Source of the DNA: Desulfovibrionaceae bacterium
GTDB lineage: Bacteria > Desulfobacterota > Desulfovibrionia > Desulfovibrionales > Desulfovibrionaceae
Assembly (NCBI GenBank): GCA_963666895.2
Contig: CAXXNS010000001.1
Coordinates: 76,421 to 140,420 of the forward strand
Length of the DNA stretch: 64,000 nucleotides
Direction of reading: 5' to 3'
The translations under genes were made by a program, and so were the position numbers. Positions 8,518 through 17,966 of the stretch are shown piece by piece. The notes under the pieces are model-generated. The model did not search any database and had not been told where the DNA came from. It saw only the letters and a program-made list of their open reading frames with translations. Position 1 is the first letter of the stretch, and each line of letters starts with the position of its first letter.

Positions 8518-10368
8518 ATGACAAAAGAAAAGAAGAAGGCGACCGGTTACGACAAGTACGTCAACTGGAAGCTGATGATCATACCGGTCATCCTGTTTTT
8601 CGCCATCCTGATCCTGCCCACGCCCGGCAGCATGCAGGAGGTCGGTATCCAGTACAAGGTAGGCCCGGGCGCGGTCCACGCCTTCCTGGCCGAGAACATC
8701 TTCCAAAAGAAGGTCTCGGACCTGGAGCAGTGGCAACTGGCCGGGGTCCAGATGATGGAACAGAACATGCGCATGGGCGCCATGTCCAAGGCCCGGTTCC
8801 TCAAGCGCGACGCCAAGTGGGCCAAGAAGTACAAGATCCCCGTGGACTCCACCAACTTCAAGCGCGTCATGGAGTACATGGAGCAGAACGTCCCGGAGGA
8901 GCAGTTCGAGAGCCTCATGCGCCAGAGCTTCGATTTGCGCATGAAGGGGCTTGAATACGACAAGCTCTCGGACAGCCAGAAGGAAAAGGCCGACCTGGGC
9001 ACCTGGCAGATCAAGGTGGCCATCGCCATGGCGGTCTTCGTGGTCTTCTGCTTCCTGACCGAGTGCATGCCCCTGCCCGGCGTGGCCTTCATGATCGGGC
9101 TCATCCTGGTGTTCACCAAGGTCATACCCAAGGACACGGTGACGCAGATGTACTGGTCCGACGCGGCCTGGTTCATCATGGGCTCGCTCATGTTCGCGGC
9201 CGCCTTCGTCAAGACCGGGGTGGACAAGCGCATGTGCATGGCCATGTTCAAGAAGCTGGCCACGCCCAACGTGAAGATGATCACCATGATCTTCTTCCTG
9301 ATCATCACCCCGCTGGCCGCGTTCATCTCGGACCACGCCCTGGCGGCCATGTTCCTGCCCATCGGCATGCTGCTCTACCAGAATAGCCTGACGGACGAAA
9401 TCCCCGAGGACAAGGAACTGGCCAAGCTGTTGATGATCACCATCGCCATGGCCTGCAACATCGGCGGCCCCGGCGCCCCCTCGGGCGGCGCCCGCAACGT
9501 CATCATGATCGCCTACCTGAATGACATGTTCGGTATGGATATCGGCTACTTCCAGTGGGTCACCTACTGCTTCCCGTTCATCCTGGTCATGATTCCGGTC
9601 ACCTGGTTCGTGTGCAACCTGCGCTTCCGTCCCAAGATCAAGACCCTGGCTCCGGCCATGAAGCACCTGGAGACGGAAATCAGCAAGATGGGCAAGTGGA
9701 ACAGGCACCAGATCTGGGCCGTGATCATCTTCGCGGTCATGGTCTTCGGGTGGTTCACTGAAAAGGCCTTCTACCAGGCGGGCATCTATCCGGTGCGCCT
9801 GGGAATCGGCACCATCGCCGTGGCCGGCGCCATCGCCTACCTGCTGGCGGGCGTGGTCAACTGGCGCGACTACTCCGAAAAGGTCGACTGGGGCGTGGTC
9901 TGGCTCTATGCCGGAGCCATCATCTTCGGCCGTGTCCTGGACGACACCGGCGCAGCCTTCTGGCTGGCCCGGTCCGCCATCGACGGCCTGGCCCCGCTGG
10001 GCATGGATTCGGGCCTGCCGCTCATGCTGACCTCCAACGGCCTGACCGCCATCCTGACCAACCTCATGGCGGACGGACCAGCGGCGGCGGCAGTCGGTCC
10101 CATCACACTCAACATGGCCGCCCTGGTCCATCCGGGAACCACGTTCCTGCCGTTCATGGCCATGGGCACCGCCATCGCTTCGTCCTTCGCGTACTGCCTG
10201 ATCATCGGCACGCCGCCCAACGCCATCGTCTACGCCTCCGGTTACCTGGAGCCCAAGGACTACCTGCGCGCCGGCCTGCCCATGTGGATCATCGCCAACA
10301 TCGTCCTCATCGCCTTGACGGGCGTGTACTGGACACTGAGGGGGTTTGGCGATCTCGCCCCATTCTAA
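8518..10368 (+). CDS. DASS/SLC13-type (ArsB/NhaD superfamily) anion permease with a long hydrophilic insert after TM1
   Basis: 616 aa and polytopic, with permease-like segments such as MACNIGGPGAPSGGARNVIM and LTSNGLTAILTNLMADG. A ~125-aa hydrophilic stretch (aa ~40-165) follows the first helix. Confidence 0.8.
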   Translation: MTKEKKKATGYDKYVNWKLMIIPVILFFAILILPTPGSMQEVGIQYKVGPGAVHAFLAENIFQKKVSDLEQWQLAGVQMMEQNMRMGAMSKARFLKRDAKWAKKYKIPVDSTNFKRVMEYMEQNVPEEQFESLMRQSFDLRMKGLEYDKLSDSQKEKADLGTWQIKVAIAMAVFVVFCFLTECMPLPGVAFMIGLILVFTKVIPKDTVTQMYWSDAAWFIMGSLMFAAAFVKTGVDKRMCMAMFKKLATPNVKMITMIFFLIITPLAAFISDHALAAMFLPIGMLLYQNSLTDEIPEDKELAKLLMITIAMACNIGGPGAPSGGARNVIMIAYLNDMFGMDIGYFQWVTYCFPFILVMIPVTWFVCNLRFRPKIKTLAPAMKHLETEISKMGKWNRHQIWAVIIFAVMVFGWFTEKAFYQAGIYPVRLGIGTIAVAGAIAYLLAGVVNWRDYSEKVDWGVVWLYAGAIIFGRVLDDTGAAFWLARSAIDGLAPLGMDSGLPLMLTSNGLTAILTNLMADGPAAAAVGPITLNMAALVHPGTTFLPFMAMGTAIASSFAYCLIIGTPPNAIVYASGYLEPKDYLRAGLPMWIIANIVLIALTGVYWTLRGFGDLAPF

Positions 10369-10373
10369 CTGAA

Positions 10374-10403
10374 GGCGGCGGCCCGGTCCCCCGGGCCGCC
10401 GCC
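10374..10403 (+). other. GC-rich stem-loop (13-bp perfect stem, 4-nt loop) without a U-tract
   Basis: GGCGGCGGCCCGG tccc CCGGGCCGCCGCC, 6 nt after the permease stop. No T run follows, so it is more likely an RNA-stability or processing hairpin than a terminator. Confidence 0.45.
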
Positions 10404-10463
10404 CATCCCAAGGATGGCGCGAAACGACGAGAGGACGAACAACGAGACGAGTAGGAGCAAGCC

Positions 10464-10598
10464 ATGAAAAAGACATTTCACACCGAAAACGGCATCACCC
10501 ATTTCAGCCGCAAGACCGAACGGGCCATATTCTTCGTCCTGACCATGGGCATGCTGCTCTGGCTGGCCGTTGAAAAACTATCCGACATGGTCAAGTAA
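10464..10598 (+). CDS. 44-codon small membrane protein (micro-ORF)
   Basis: MKKTFHTENGITHFSRKTERAIFFVLTMGMLLWLAVEKLSDMVK has one hydrophobic helix. AGGAG lies 6 nt upstream and the stop is 11 nt before the next gene. It falls below the ORF-track length cutoff. Confidence 0.4.
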   Translation: MKKTFHTENGITHFSRKTERAIFFVLTMGMLLWLAVEKLSDMVK

Positions 10599-10609
10599 AG
10601 GAGCCCGTC

Positions 10610-11179
10610 ATGTCCATCGCCCAAGCGCAAACGGTCGTCAACGAGCAGCCCCCGGTGCAGGAACACCTGCCCGGCTTCACCACCGCCCTGGGCGCGGTGC
10701 TCAAGCGGCCGCAAAAATTCTTCGAGGACTTCCCGGCCAAGCCGGGATACCGGGCTCCCCTCATGTTCCTGTCCGTGGCGGCGCTGTTCTACGCCGCGGT
10801 AAGCTACAGCTATTTCTTCCAGGGATCCATGAACATGACCGTGGCCGTGCTGATCAACGCCATGGTCATGCCCTTTGCCCTGGCCGGGGTGACCTGGGTC
10901 GTCCTGACCATGAGCTCCGGCAAGGTGAGCTACGAAAAGCTGATCGCCATGTACGCCTACGCCTCGGGAGCGGTGATGCTTTTCTCCTGGGTGCCCATGG
11001 TGGGCTACGCCTGCGAGGTCTGGAAAGCCGGCCTCATGGCCTGCGCCCTGGCCAAGGGATTCGACCTGGGCTGGAAGCGGGGCATCGTGGTGGTGGCGGC
11101 CACCTTCCTGGTGGTCATGCTCTTTATCTGGTCGGCCATGCCCGTGATCCAGCAACTGCGCGGCGTGGTCCCGGCCTGA
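10610..11179 (+). CDS. Yip1-domain-like polytopic membrane protein
   Basis: 189 aa with a soluble N-terminus followed by about five hydrophobic helices. AAGGAG RBS 6 nt upstream. Confidence 0.65.
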   Translation: MSIAQAQTVVNEQPPVQEHLPGFTTALGAVLKRPQKFFEDFPAKPGYRAPLMFLSVAALFYAAVSYSYFFQGSMNMTVAVLINAMVMPFALAGVTWVVLTMSSGKVSYEKLIAMYAYASGAVMLFSWVPMVGYACEVWKAGLMACALAKGFDLGWKRGIVVVAATFLVVMLFIWSAMPVIQQLRGVVPA

Positions 11180-11207
11180 TCCGGCTCCTACCGTTCCACT
11201 CGAACGA

Positions 11208-11240
11208 AAAGGCCCTGGCGGATATCCCGTCGGGGCCTTT
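11208..11240. terminator. Bidirectional terminator-like hairpin
   Basis: AAAGGCCC ..17 nt.. GGGCCTTT between convergent genes, flanked by A/T runs on both sides. Confidence 0.5.
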
Positions 11241-11250
11241 CCTTTTCCGG

Positions 11251-12618
11251 TCAGGGGATCAGGGCCAAGGCCAGATCGCAGACGTTGGTGCCCGTGGGGC
11301 CGGTCCGCAGCAGGCCGTGGAAGCGGTTGAAAAAGGTGTGGGAGTCGTTGTTGTCCAGGGCCAAATCCATGCTTTGCGCGTCCACCCCGGGCAGCTCAAG
11401 CAGGGCCCGGTCCGCAAAGGCTCCGGCCGCGTCCGTGGGGCCGTCCGTTCCGTCCGTGGACGCGGCCAGGAAAGTCACGCCGGACAACTGTTCGTCCTGG
11501 GCCATGGCCCGCAAAAAAGCCAGGGCCATCTCCTGGTTGCGCCCGCCCCTGCCGTTGCCGCGCAGGGTAACCACGCTCTCGCCCCCGGCCAGCAGGCAGA
11601 TCGGCCGCCCCGCTCGCCCCGCCCTGCCAAGGCGCAATCCGCGCACCGCCTCGGCCAGGGCCCGCCCCTCTTGCCGGGCCTCGCCCAGCAGGGGCCGGTC
11701 CAGCAGCACCACCTCCCAGCCAAGGGCACGGGCCTTGTCCGCCGCACCGTTCAGGGCCGTTTGGTTGTCACCCAGCAGGACCCAGTGGGCGCGCTCCAGG
11801 GCCGGGTCGCCGGGCTTGAGCGTCTCGGGCCGCTCCTTGGCCGCGCCTTGGCGCAGCCAGTCCAGCACCGGGCCCGGCATCCTCCCGGACACGCCCCTGC
11901 GCTCCAGGATGTCCAGGGCCTGGGCATGGGTGGTCGGGTCCGGGGCCGTGGGGCCGGAGGCTATTGTGGCGGCCGCCTCGCCAACGTCGTCGGCCATGAC
12001 ATCGGCCATGACGTCTGACAGCGCCAGGGTCAGGCAGGCGGCCGGAGCCAGGGCGCGCAGCAGCCCGCCGCCCTTGATGGCCGAAAGGTGCTTGCGCACG
12101 GTATTGATTTCATGGATGTCCGCGCCGCAGGCCAGGAGCAACCGGGTGGCCTCCTGCTTGTGCCCCAAGGTCAGGGAAGGGTCCGCAGGGCAGGGCAGCA
12201 GGGCCGAGCCGCCGCCGCTCAGGAGGACCAGGGCCAGATCCTTGGGGCCGAGGCCCCGGGCCAGTTCCAGCATGCGCCGGGCCGCGGCCACGCCGTTCTC
12301 GTCCGGCACCGGATGCCCCGCCTCCAGCAGCTCGATCCGTTCAGGTACGGGACCGTGCCCGTATTTGGTCACGGCCAAGCCCCCTGCGAACCGGTCGCCG
12401 AGCCGGTCCGCGAGCAACTCCTCCACGGCCCGGCACATGGACCCGGCCGCCTTGCCCGCCGCCAGCACGGCCACCCGCTGGAAATCGTCCAAGGCCAGGG
12501 AGACCCCGTCCGCTTCCAAAACACCCTTGCCGACCCGGACCCGTTCCCGGATCAAGGACTCGGGATCCACGGCGGCCAGTCCGGCCCGGAACACGGTCTC
12601 CAATCCTTGGCGGCTCAA
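11251..12618 (-). CDS. Glycerate 2-kinase / hydroxypyruvate reductase family protein (MOFRL/DUF4147 type)
   Basis: 455 aa with family-like segments LLSGGGSALL, LLAGGESVVTLRGNGRGGRNQE and STDGTDGPTDAAGA. Its start overlaps the stop of the upstream dehydrogenase gene. Confidence 0.8.
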   Translation of the reverse strand: MSRQGLETVFRAGLAAVDPESLIRERVRVGKGVLEADGVSLALDDFQRVAVLAAGKAAGSMCRAVEELLADRLGDRFAGGLAVTKYGHGPVPERIELLEAGHPVPDENGVAAARRMLELARGLGPKDLALVLLSGGGSALLPCPADPSLTLGHKQEATRLLLACGADIHEINTVRKHLSAIKGGGLLRALAPAACLTLALSDVMADVMADDVGEAAATIASGPTAPDPTTHAQALDILERRGVSGRMPGPVLDWLRQGAAKERPETLKPGDPALERAHWVLLGDNQTALNGAADKARALGWEVVLLDRPLLGEARQEGRALAEAVRGLRLGRAGRAGRPICLLAGGESVVTLRGNGRGGRNQEMALAFLRAMAQDEQLSGVTFLAASTDGTDGPTDAAGAFADRALLELPGVDAQSMDLALDNNDSHTFFNRFHGLLRTGPTGTNVCDLALALIP

Positions 12619-13589
12619 TCGTAGAGTTCCGGGTTCAGGCAGGTGGGCGGGCGTTTCTCCATGAGCATGGCCAACAGGTTCTCCGCGGCCAGCACGGCCA
12701 TGCCGTCGCGCGCGGAATGCGTGCCCGAGCCGATGTGCGGCAAAACGACCACGTTGTCCAGTTCGGCCAGGCCCGGGGCCATGGCCGGTTCGTTCTCGTA
12801 CACGTCCAGCCCGGCTCCGGCGATCTCCCCGGATTTCAGGGCGGCCACCAGGTCGTCTTCCTTGACCACCGGACCCCGGGCCGTGTTGATGACAAAGGCC
12901 GTGGGCTTCATGCGCTTGAAGGCCGAGGCGTCGAACAAATGCCGGGTGCCCTGGTTGAGCGGGGTGTGGATGGAGATGAAGTCCGACTCGGCCAGCAGGG
13001 TGTCGAAGTCCACCATGCGCCCGCCCAGGCCGTCCAACTCGGGGTTGGGTCGGCCGCTACGGCCCCCAAGGTACAGGATGGGCATGTCGAACCCCCGGGA
13101 CAAGCGGGCCGTGGCCGTGCCGATGCGCCCGGCGCCCACGATGCCCAGGGTCTTGCCACTCACGTCCGCGCCGATGAACTGGAGCGGCTCCCAGCCCGGC
13201 CACTGCCCGGAGCGCATGACGCGGTCGGCCTCGACCACGCGCCGGGACACGGCCATGAGCAGGGTCCAGGCCAGCTCGGCCGTGGCCAGGGTGAGCACGT
13301 CCGGGGTGTTGGACACCGGCACGCCGTAGCGGGTGGCCGCGGCCACGTCGATATTGTCGAACCCCACCGCGTAATTGGCGTACCCCTTGAGCCCGGGCGC
13401 GGCCCTGAAAAATTCCTCGTCAATGCGGTCCATGAGCAGGCCGATCATGCCGTCGGACCTGCCGGCCTGTTCCAGCAGCTCGGCCCGGGTCAGGGGCCGA
13501 TCCTCGGGGTTCACCTCCACCTGGCAGCACTTCCGCAGCCGGTCCAGCCCGGCCTGGGGAATCCTCCTGGTCACGTATATCCTGTGCAT
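12615..13589 (-). CDS. D-isomer-specific 2-hydroxyacid dehydrogenase (glyoxylate/hydroxypyruvate reductase-like)
   Basis: NAD-binding GIVGAGRIGTA; catalytic-region motifs NTARG, DVYENEP, PHIGSGT. GGGAGG RBS before ATG 13589 (the track start is 13616). Confidence 0.85.
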   Translation of the reverse strand: MHRIYVTRRIPQAGLDRLRKCCQVEVNPEDRPLTRAELLEQAGRSDGMIGLLMDRIDEEFFRAAPGLKGYANYAVGFDNIDVAAATRYGVPVSNTPDVLTLATAELAWTLLMAVSRRVVEADRVMRSGQWPGWEPLQFIGADVSGKTLGIVGAGRIGTATARLSRGFDMPILYLGGRSGRPNPELDGLGGRMVDFDTLLAESDFISIHTPLNQGTRHLFDASAFKRMKPTAFVINTARGPVVKEDDLVAALKSGEIAGAGLDVYENEPAMAPGLAELDNVVVLPHIGSGTHSARDGMAVLAAENLLAMLMEKRPPTCLNPELYD

Positions 13590-13653
13590 GCAGCCTCCCG
13601 GGGATTGTTTCACCAATTGTTGTGCATCGTTGGGCGGAGCGGGTCAAGGGAAC

Positions 13654-13683
13654 AAAAAGGCCCCGGACGTCCGGGGCCTTTTC
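13654..13683 (-). terminator. Rho-independent terminator downstream of nrdD copy A
   Basis: AAAAGGCCCCGG acgt CCGGGGCCTTTT, a symmetric hairpin with T/A runs on both sides. Confidence 0.75.
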
Positions 13684-13725
13684 TATCGTCTCGGACGGCC
13701 GCGCCGCCCGATGACCTTCTTCTTG

Positions 13726-15783
13726 TCACGCCATCTCCGAGGTGTCCGCGAACATCACCCGGTCCGCGTACTCGGCCTGCTTGCCCTTGTTCCAGCGCTG
13801 CACGGGGCGGTAGTAGCCCACGATGCGCGAATAGACCTCGGCCTCGGCCCCGCAGGTCGGGCACTCGAAGTGCTCGCCCGCGATGTACCCGTGCTCCTTG
13901 CAGATGGAGAAGGTCGGGGTGATGGTCAGCGAGGGCATCTTGACCATGGAAAAGGCCTTGAGAATGAACTGCTTCAGGCTCTCCAGGTCGGCCTGGGCCT
14001 CGCCCAGGAAGGTGTGGAACACCGTGCCGCCCGTATACAGGGTCTGCAACTGGTCCTGGTGCTCCAGGGCGTAGAGCACGTCCTCGGAGATGCCCACGGG
14101 CAGGGCCGTGGAGTTGGTGTAGTACGGCGTGTCGTCGCCCGAAGTGATGATGTTGGCGTAAAGGTCCTTGTCGATCTTGGCCAGCCGGTAGCTGGTGCCC
14201 TCGGCCGGGGTGGCCTCCAGGTTGTAGAGGTGGCCGGTCTCTTCCTGGAAGCGCCTGGTCAACTCCAGCAAATGGTCCAGGGCGCGCTGCATGAACCGGA
14301 CGCCCCCCTCGGTCTCGATGCCCTTGCCCAGCAGGTTCAGGCAGGCCTCGTGCCCGCCGATGAGGCCGATGGTGGAGAAATGGCCCTTGTAGCCGTTGCG
14401 CAGGTAGCGCCTGGACCACGGGAACATGCCGTTGTCCATGTTGTTGGTGATGAGCTTGCGCTTGAACTCCAGGCTGTCCCGGGCCAATTCCGCATACTCG
14501 GTCAAAAGGTCCAGGAAGTCCTCCTCGGACTGGGACAGATAGGCCAGCTTGGGCAGGTTCAGGGTGACCACGCCGATGGAGCCGGTCAGGTCGCCCGCGC
14601 CGAACAGGCCGCCGGTCTTTTTCCTGAGTTCCCGCAGGTCCATGCGCAACCGGCAGCACATGGCGCGCACGTCCTCGGGCGAGATGTCCGAGTTGATGAA
14701 ATTCTGGAACCAGGGCACCCCGTACTTGGCCGTCATCTTGAGCAAAAGCTCGCCGATCTCGGAGTCCCAGGGGAAATCCTCGGTGATGTTGTAGGTGGGG
14801 ATGGGGAAGGAGAAGATGCGGCCGTGATGGTCGCCGTCCAGCATGACCTCCAGGAAGGCCTTGTTGAACATGTCCATCTCCGCGGTGAACTCGCCGTAGG
14901 TCCGGTCCTGGAGCTTGCCGCCGATGATCACGGCCTCCTTGGCGATGTGCTTGGGCGGCGTCACGTCCAGGGTCAGGTTGGTGAACGGCGACTGCCCGCC
15001 CCAGCGCGAGGTGGTGTTCAGGTTGAACAGGAACCGCTGCACGGCCTGGCGCACCTGCCCGTAGTCCAGCCCGTCGTAACGGATGAACGGGGCCAGGTAG
15101 GTGTCCACGTTGTTGAAGGCCTGGGCCCCGGCCCACTCGTTCTGCAAGGTGCCGAGAAAGTTGACCATCTGTCCCAGGGCGGAATCAAAGTGCTTGGCCG
15201 GTCCGGCCGAGGAGCGGCTCTCCAGGTTGAAGCCCTCGAGCAGGAGCTCCCGCAGGCTCCATCCGGCGCAATAGCCCGCCAGCCCGAAGGACAGGTCATG
15301 GATGTGGAAGTAGCCGTGCTCGTGGGCCTGGCGCACCTCCACGGGATACTTCTCCAGGGTGTACCGGGCCTGGACCGTGCCCGACAGGTGGAGCATGAGG
15401 CCCTGGAAGGAGTGGGTCATGTTGGCGTTCTCGGACACCCGCCAGTCGGCCTTGTCCACGTAGTTGTCGATGACCTCCTTGATGTCCAGGTAGGCCTGCT
15501 TCTGCTCGCGCAGCTCGCGGCGCTTTTCCCGGTACAGGATGTAGCGCCGGGCCACCTCGAACTGCCGCGACTCCATGAGCACCAGTTCCACGGTGTCCTG
15601 GACGTGCTCCTGCTCCGGGATGTCGAAGTCCGCGAGCTTGTCCGCCACCTTCTGGCCCAGCCGTTTGGCCAGGATGGGGTCCTTGATGCCGCTGGCGGAC
15701 AGGGCCTTGAAAATGGCCTTGGCGATGCGGTCCGTGGACCACGTTTCCAGCCGGCCGTCCCGCTTCATAATTTGTAATGGCAT
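13726..15783 (-). CDS. nrdD: Anaerobic ribonucleoside-triphosphate reductase, copy A
   Basis: N-terminal ATP-cone, thiyl-loop MCCRL, C-terminal zinc ribbon CKEHGY..CPTCG and glycyl-radical motif SRIVGYYRPV. ATG 15783 aligns with the start of copy B. Confidence 0.92.
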   Translation of the reverse strand: MPLQIMKRDGRLETWSTDRIAKAIFKALSASGIKDPILAKRLGQKVADKLADFDIPEQEHVQDTVELVLMESRQFEVARRYILYREKRRELREQKQAYLDIKEVIDNYVDKADWRVSENANMTHSFQGLMLHLSGTVQARYTLEKYPVEVRQAHEHGYFHIHDLSFGLAGYCAGWSLRELLLEGFNLESRSSAGPAKHFDSALGQMVNFLGTLQNEWAGAQAFNNVDTYLAPFIRYDGLDYGQVRQAVQRFLFNLNTTSRWGGQSPFTNLTLDVTPPKHIAKEAVIIGGKLQDRTYGEFTAEMDMFNKAFLEVMLDGDHHGRIFSFPIPTYNITEDFPWDSEIGELLLKMTAKYGVPWFQNFINSDISPEDVRAMCCRLRMDLRELRKKTGGLFGAGDLTGSIGVVTLNLPKLAYLSQSEEDFLDLLTEYAELARDSLEFKRKLITNNMDNGMFPWSRRYLRNGYKGHFSTIGLIGGHEACLNLLGKGIETEGGVRFMQRALDHLLELTRRFQEETGHLYNLEATPAEGTSYRLAKIDKDLYANIITSGDDTPYYTNSTALPVGISEDVLYALEHQDQLQTLYTGGTVFHTFLGEAQADLESLKQFILKAFSMVKMPSLTITPTFSICKEHGYIAGEHFECPTCGAEAEVYSRIVGYYRPVQRWNKGKQAEYADRVMFADTSEMA

Positions 15784-15865
15784 AGGCTCTCTCCCGGAGA
15801 TCAATAATTCCTACCAAAAATATCGAATTTTCTTCTTAACTTCGATTTATCTATTGGAATTTCTG

Positions 15866-15900
15866 AAAAAAAAAGGAGGGAGCCCGACGGCTCCCCCCTC
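15866..15900 (-). terminator. Rho-independent terminator between the two nrdD copies
   Basis: Minus-strand GAGGGGGGAGCC gtcg GGCTCCCTCC followed by T9, 9 nt after the stop of copy B. Confidence 0.75.
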
Positions 15901-15908
15901 TTCGATAC

Positions 15909-17966
15909 TTAGCAACGGTCGCAGGTATCGGCGAAGACCACGCGATCCGCGTACTCGGCCTGCTTGCCCTTGTTCCAGCGCTGCACCGGCCGATAGTAGC
16001 CCACGATGCGCGTGTACACCTCGGCCTCTGCCCCGCAGGTCGGGCACTCGAAGTGCTCGCCCTGGATGTACCCGTGCTCCTTGCAGATGGAGAAGGTCGG
16101 GGTGATGGACAGGTACGGCATCTTGGTGATGGTGAAGGCCTTGATGATGAACTGCTTCAGGCTCTCCAGGTCGGACTGGGACTCGCCCAGGAAGGTGTGG
16201 AACACCGTGCCGCCCGTGTACAGGGGCTGGAGCTTGTTCTGGTGCTCCAGGGCGTAGATCACGTCGTCGGAGATGCCCACGGGCAGGGCCGTGGAGTTGG
16301 TGTAGTACGGCGTTCCGTTGCCCGAGGTGACGATGTTGGCGTAGAGCTTCTTGTCGATCTTGGCCAGCCGGTAGCTGGTGCCCTCGGCCGGGGTGGCCTC
16401 CAGGTTGTAGAGGTTGCCGGTCTCCTCCTGGAAGCGGCTGGTCACGTCGCGCAGGTGGTTCAGGGCGCGGCGCATGAACCGGATGCCGGACTCGGTCTCG
16501 ATGCCCTTGCCCAGCAGGTTCAGGCAGGCCTCGTGCCCGCCCAGCAGGCCGATGGTGGAGAAGTGGCCCTTGAACCCGTTCTTCAGGTAGCGCCGGGACC
16601 ACGGGAACATGCCGTTTTCCAGGTTGTTGGTGATGAGCTTGCGCTTGAACTCCAGGCAATCCCGGGCCAGCTCGGCGTACTCGGTGAGCAGGTCCAGGAA
16701 CTCCTCCTCGGACTGGGACAAATAGGCCAGTTTGGCCATGTTCAGGGTGACCACGCCGATGGAGCCGGTCAGGTCGCCCGCGCCGAACAGGCCGCCGGTC
16801 TTGTTGCGGAGTTCCCGCAGGTCCATCTGGAGGCGGCAGCACATGCTGCGCACGTCCTCGGGCGAGATGTCCGAGTTGATGAAGTTCTGGAAGTAGGGAA
16901 CCCCGTACTTGGCCGTCAGCTTGAGCAGCAGATCGCCGATCTCGGAATCCCAGGGGAAGTCCTCGGTGACGTTGTAGGTGGGGATGGGGAAGGAGAAGAT
17001 GCGGCCGTGGTAGTCGCCGTCCAGCATGACCTCTAGGAAGGCCTTGTTGAACATCTCCATCTCCGGGGCGAAGTCTCCGTAGGTGTAGTCCTGGAGCTCG
17101 CCGCCGATGATCACGGCCTCCTCGGCGATGTGCTTGGGCGGCACCAGGTCCAGGGAAAGGTTGGTGAACGGCGACTGCCCGCCCCAACGCGAGGTGGTGT
17201 TCAGGTTGAACACGAATTTCTGCACGGCCTGGCGCACCTGGGCATAGGTCATTTCGTCCTTGCGGATGAACGGGGCCAGGTAGGTGTCCACGTTGTTGAA
17301 GGCCTGGGCCCCGGCCCACTCGTTCTGCAGGGTGCCGAGGAAGTTGACCATCTGGCCCAGCACGGCGTCGAAGTGCTTGGCCGGGCCGGCCGAGGAACGG
17401 CCCTCCAGGTTGAAGCCCTCGAGCAGGAGGTCCCGCAGGCTCCACCCGGCGCAGTACCCGGCCAGGCCGAAGGAAAGGTCGTGGATGTGGAAGTAGCCGT
17501 GCTCATGGGCCTGGCGCACCTCCACGGGATACTTCTCCAGGGCGTAGCGGGCCTGGACCGTGCCCGAGAGGTGAAGCATGAGGCCCTGGAAGGAGTGGGT
17601 CATGTTGGCGTTCTCGGACACGCGCCAGTCCGCCTTGCCCACGTACTCGTCAATGACTCCGGTGATGTCCAGGTAGGCCTGCTTCTGCTCGCGCAGTTCG
17701 CGGCGCTTCTCCCTGTAGAGGATGTACCTGCGGGCCACGTCGAACTGACGCGACTCCATGAGCACCCGCTCGACTATGTCCTGGACGTGTTCCTGCTCCG
17801 GAATGTCGAAATCCGCGAGCTTGATCTCGACCTTGTGGCCGAGCCGTTTGGCAAGGATGGGATCCTTGATGCCGCTGGCGGACAGGGCTTTGAAAATGGC
17901 TTGGGAAATGCGGTCAGTTGACCACGTTTCCAACCGGCCGTCTCTCTTCATGATCTGAGAGGGCAT
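15909..17966 (-). CDS. nrdD: Anaerobic ribonucleoside-triphosphate reductase, copy B
   Basis: 685 aa, colinear with copy A and carrying all the same catalytic motifs (MCCRL, CPTCG, TRIVGYYRPV). AGGAGGA RBS before ATG 17966. Confidence 0.92.
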   Translation of the reverse strand: MPSQIMKRDGRLETWSTDRISQAIFKALSASGIKDPILAKRLGHKVEIKLADFDIPEQEHVQDIVERVLMESRQFDVARRYILYREKRRELREQKQAYLDITGVIDEYVGKADWRVSENANMTHSFQGLMLHLSGTVQARYALEKYPVEVRQAHEHGYFHIHDLSFGLAGYCAGWSLRDLLLEGFNLEGRSSAGPAKHFDAVLGQMVNFLGTLQNEWAGAQAFNNVDTYLAPFIRKDEMTYAQVRQAVQKFVFNLNTTSRWGGQSPFTNLSLDLVPPKHIAEEAVIIGGELQDYTYGDFAPEMEMFNKAFLEVMLDGDYHGRIFSFPIPTYNVTEDFPWDSEIGDLLLKLTAKYGVPYFQNFINSDISPEDVRSMCCRLQMDLRELRNKTGGLFGAGDLTGSIGVVTLNMAKLAYLSQSEEEFLDLLTEYAELARDCLEFKRKLITNNLENGMFPWSRRYLKNGFKGHFSTIGLLGGHEACLNLLGKGIETESGIRFMRRALNHLRDVTSRFQEETGNLYNLEATPAEGTSYRLAKIDKKLYANIVTSGNGTPYYTNSTALPVGISDDVIYALEHQNKLQPLYTGGTVFHTFLGESQSDLESLKQFIIKAFTITKMPYLSITPTFSICKEHGYIQGEHFECPTCGAEAEVYTRIVGYYRPVQRWNKGKQAEYADRVVFADTCDRC

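Larger units (their letters stand above)
13726..17966 (-). repeat. Tandem direct duplication of a ~2.1-kb nrdD unit
   Basis: The two genes share long identical nucleotide runs, and the same spurious antisense ORFs appear in both copies in the track. Roughly nine of ten residues are identical by eye (not computed). Confidence 0.9.
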
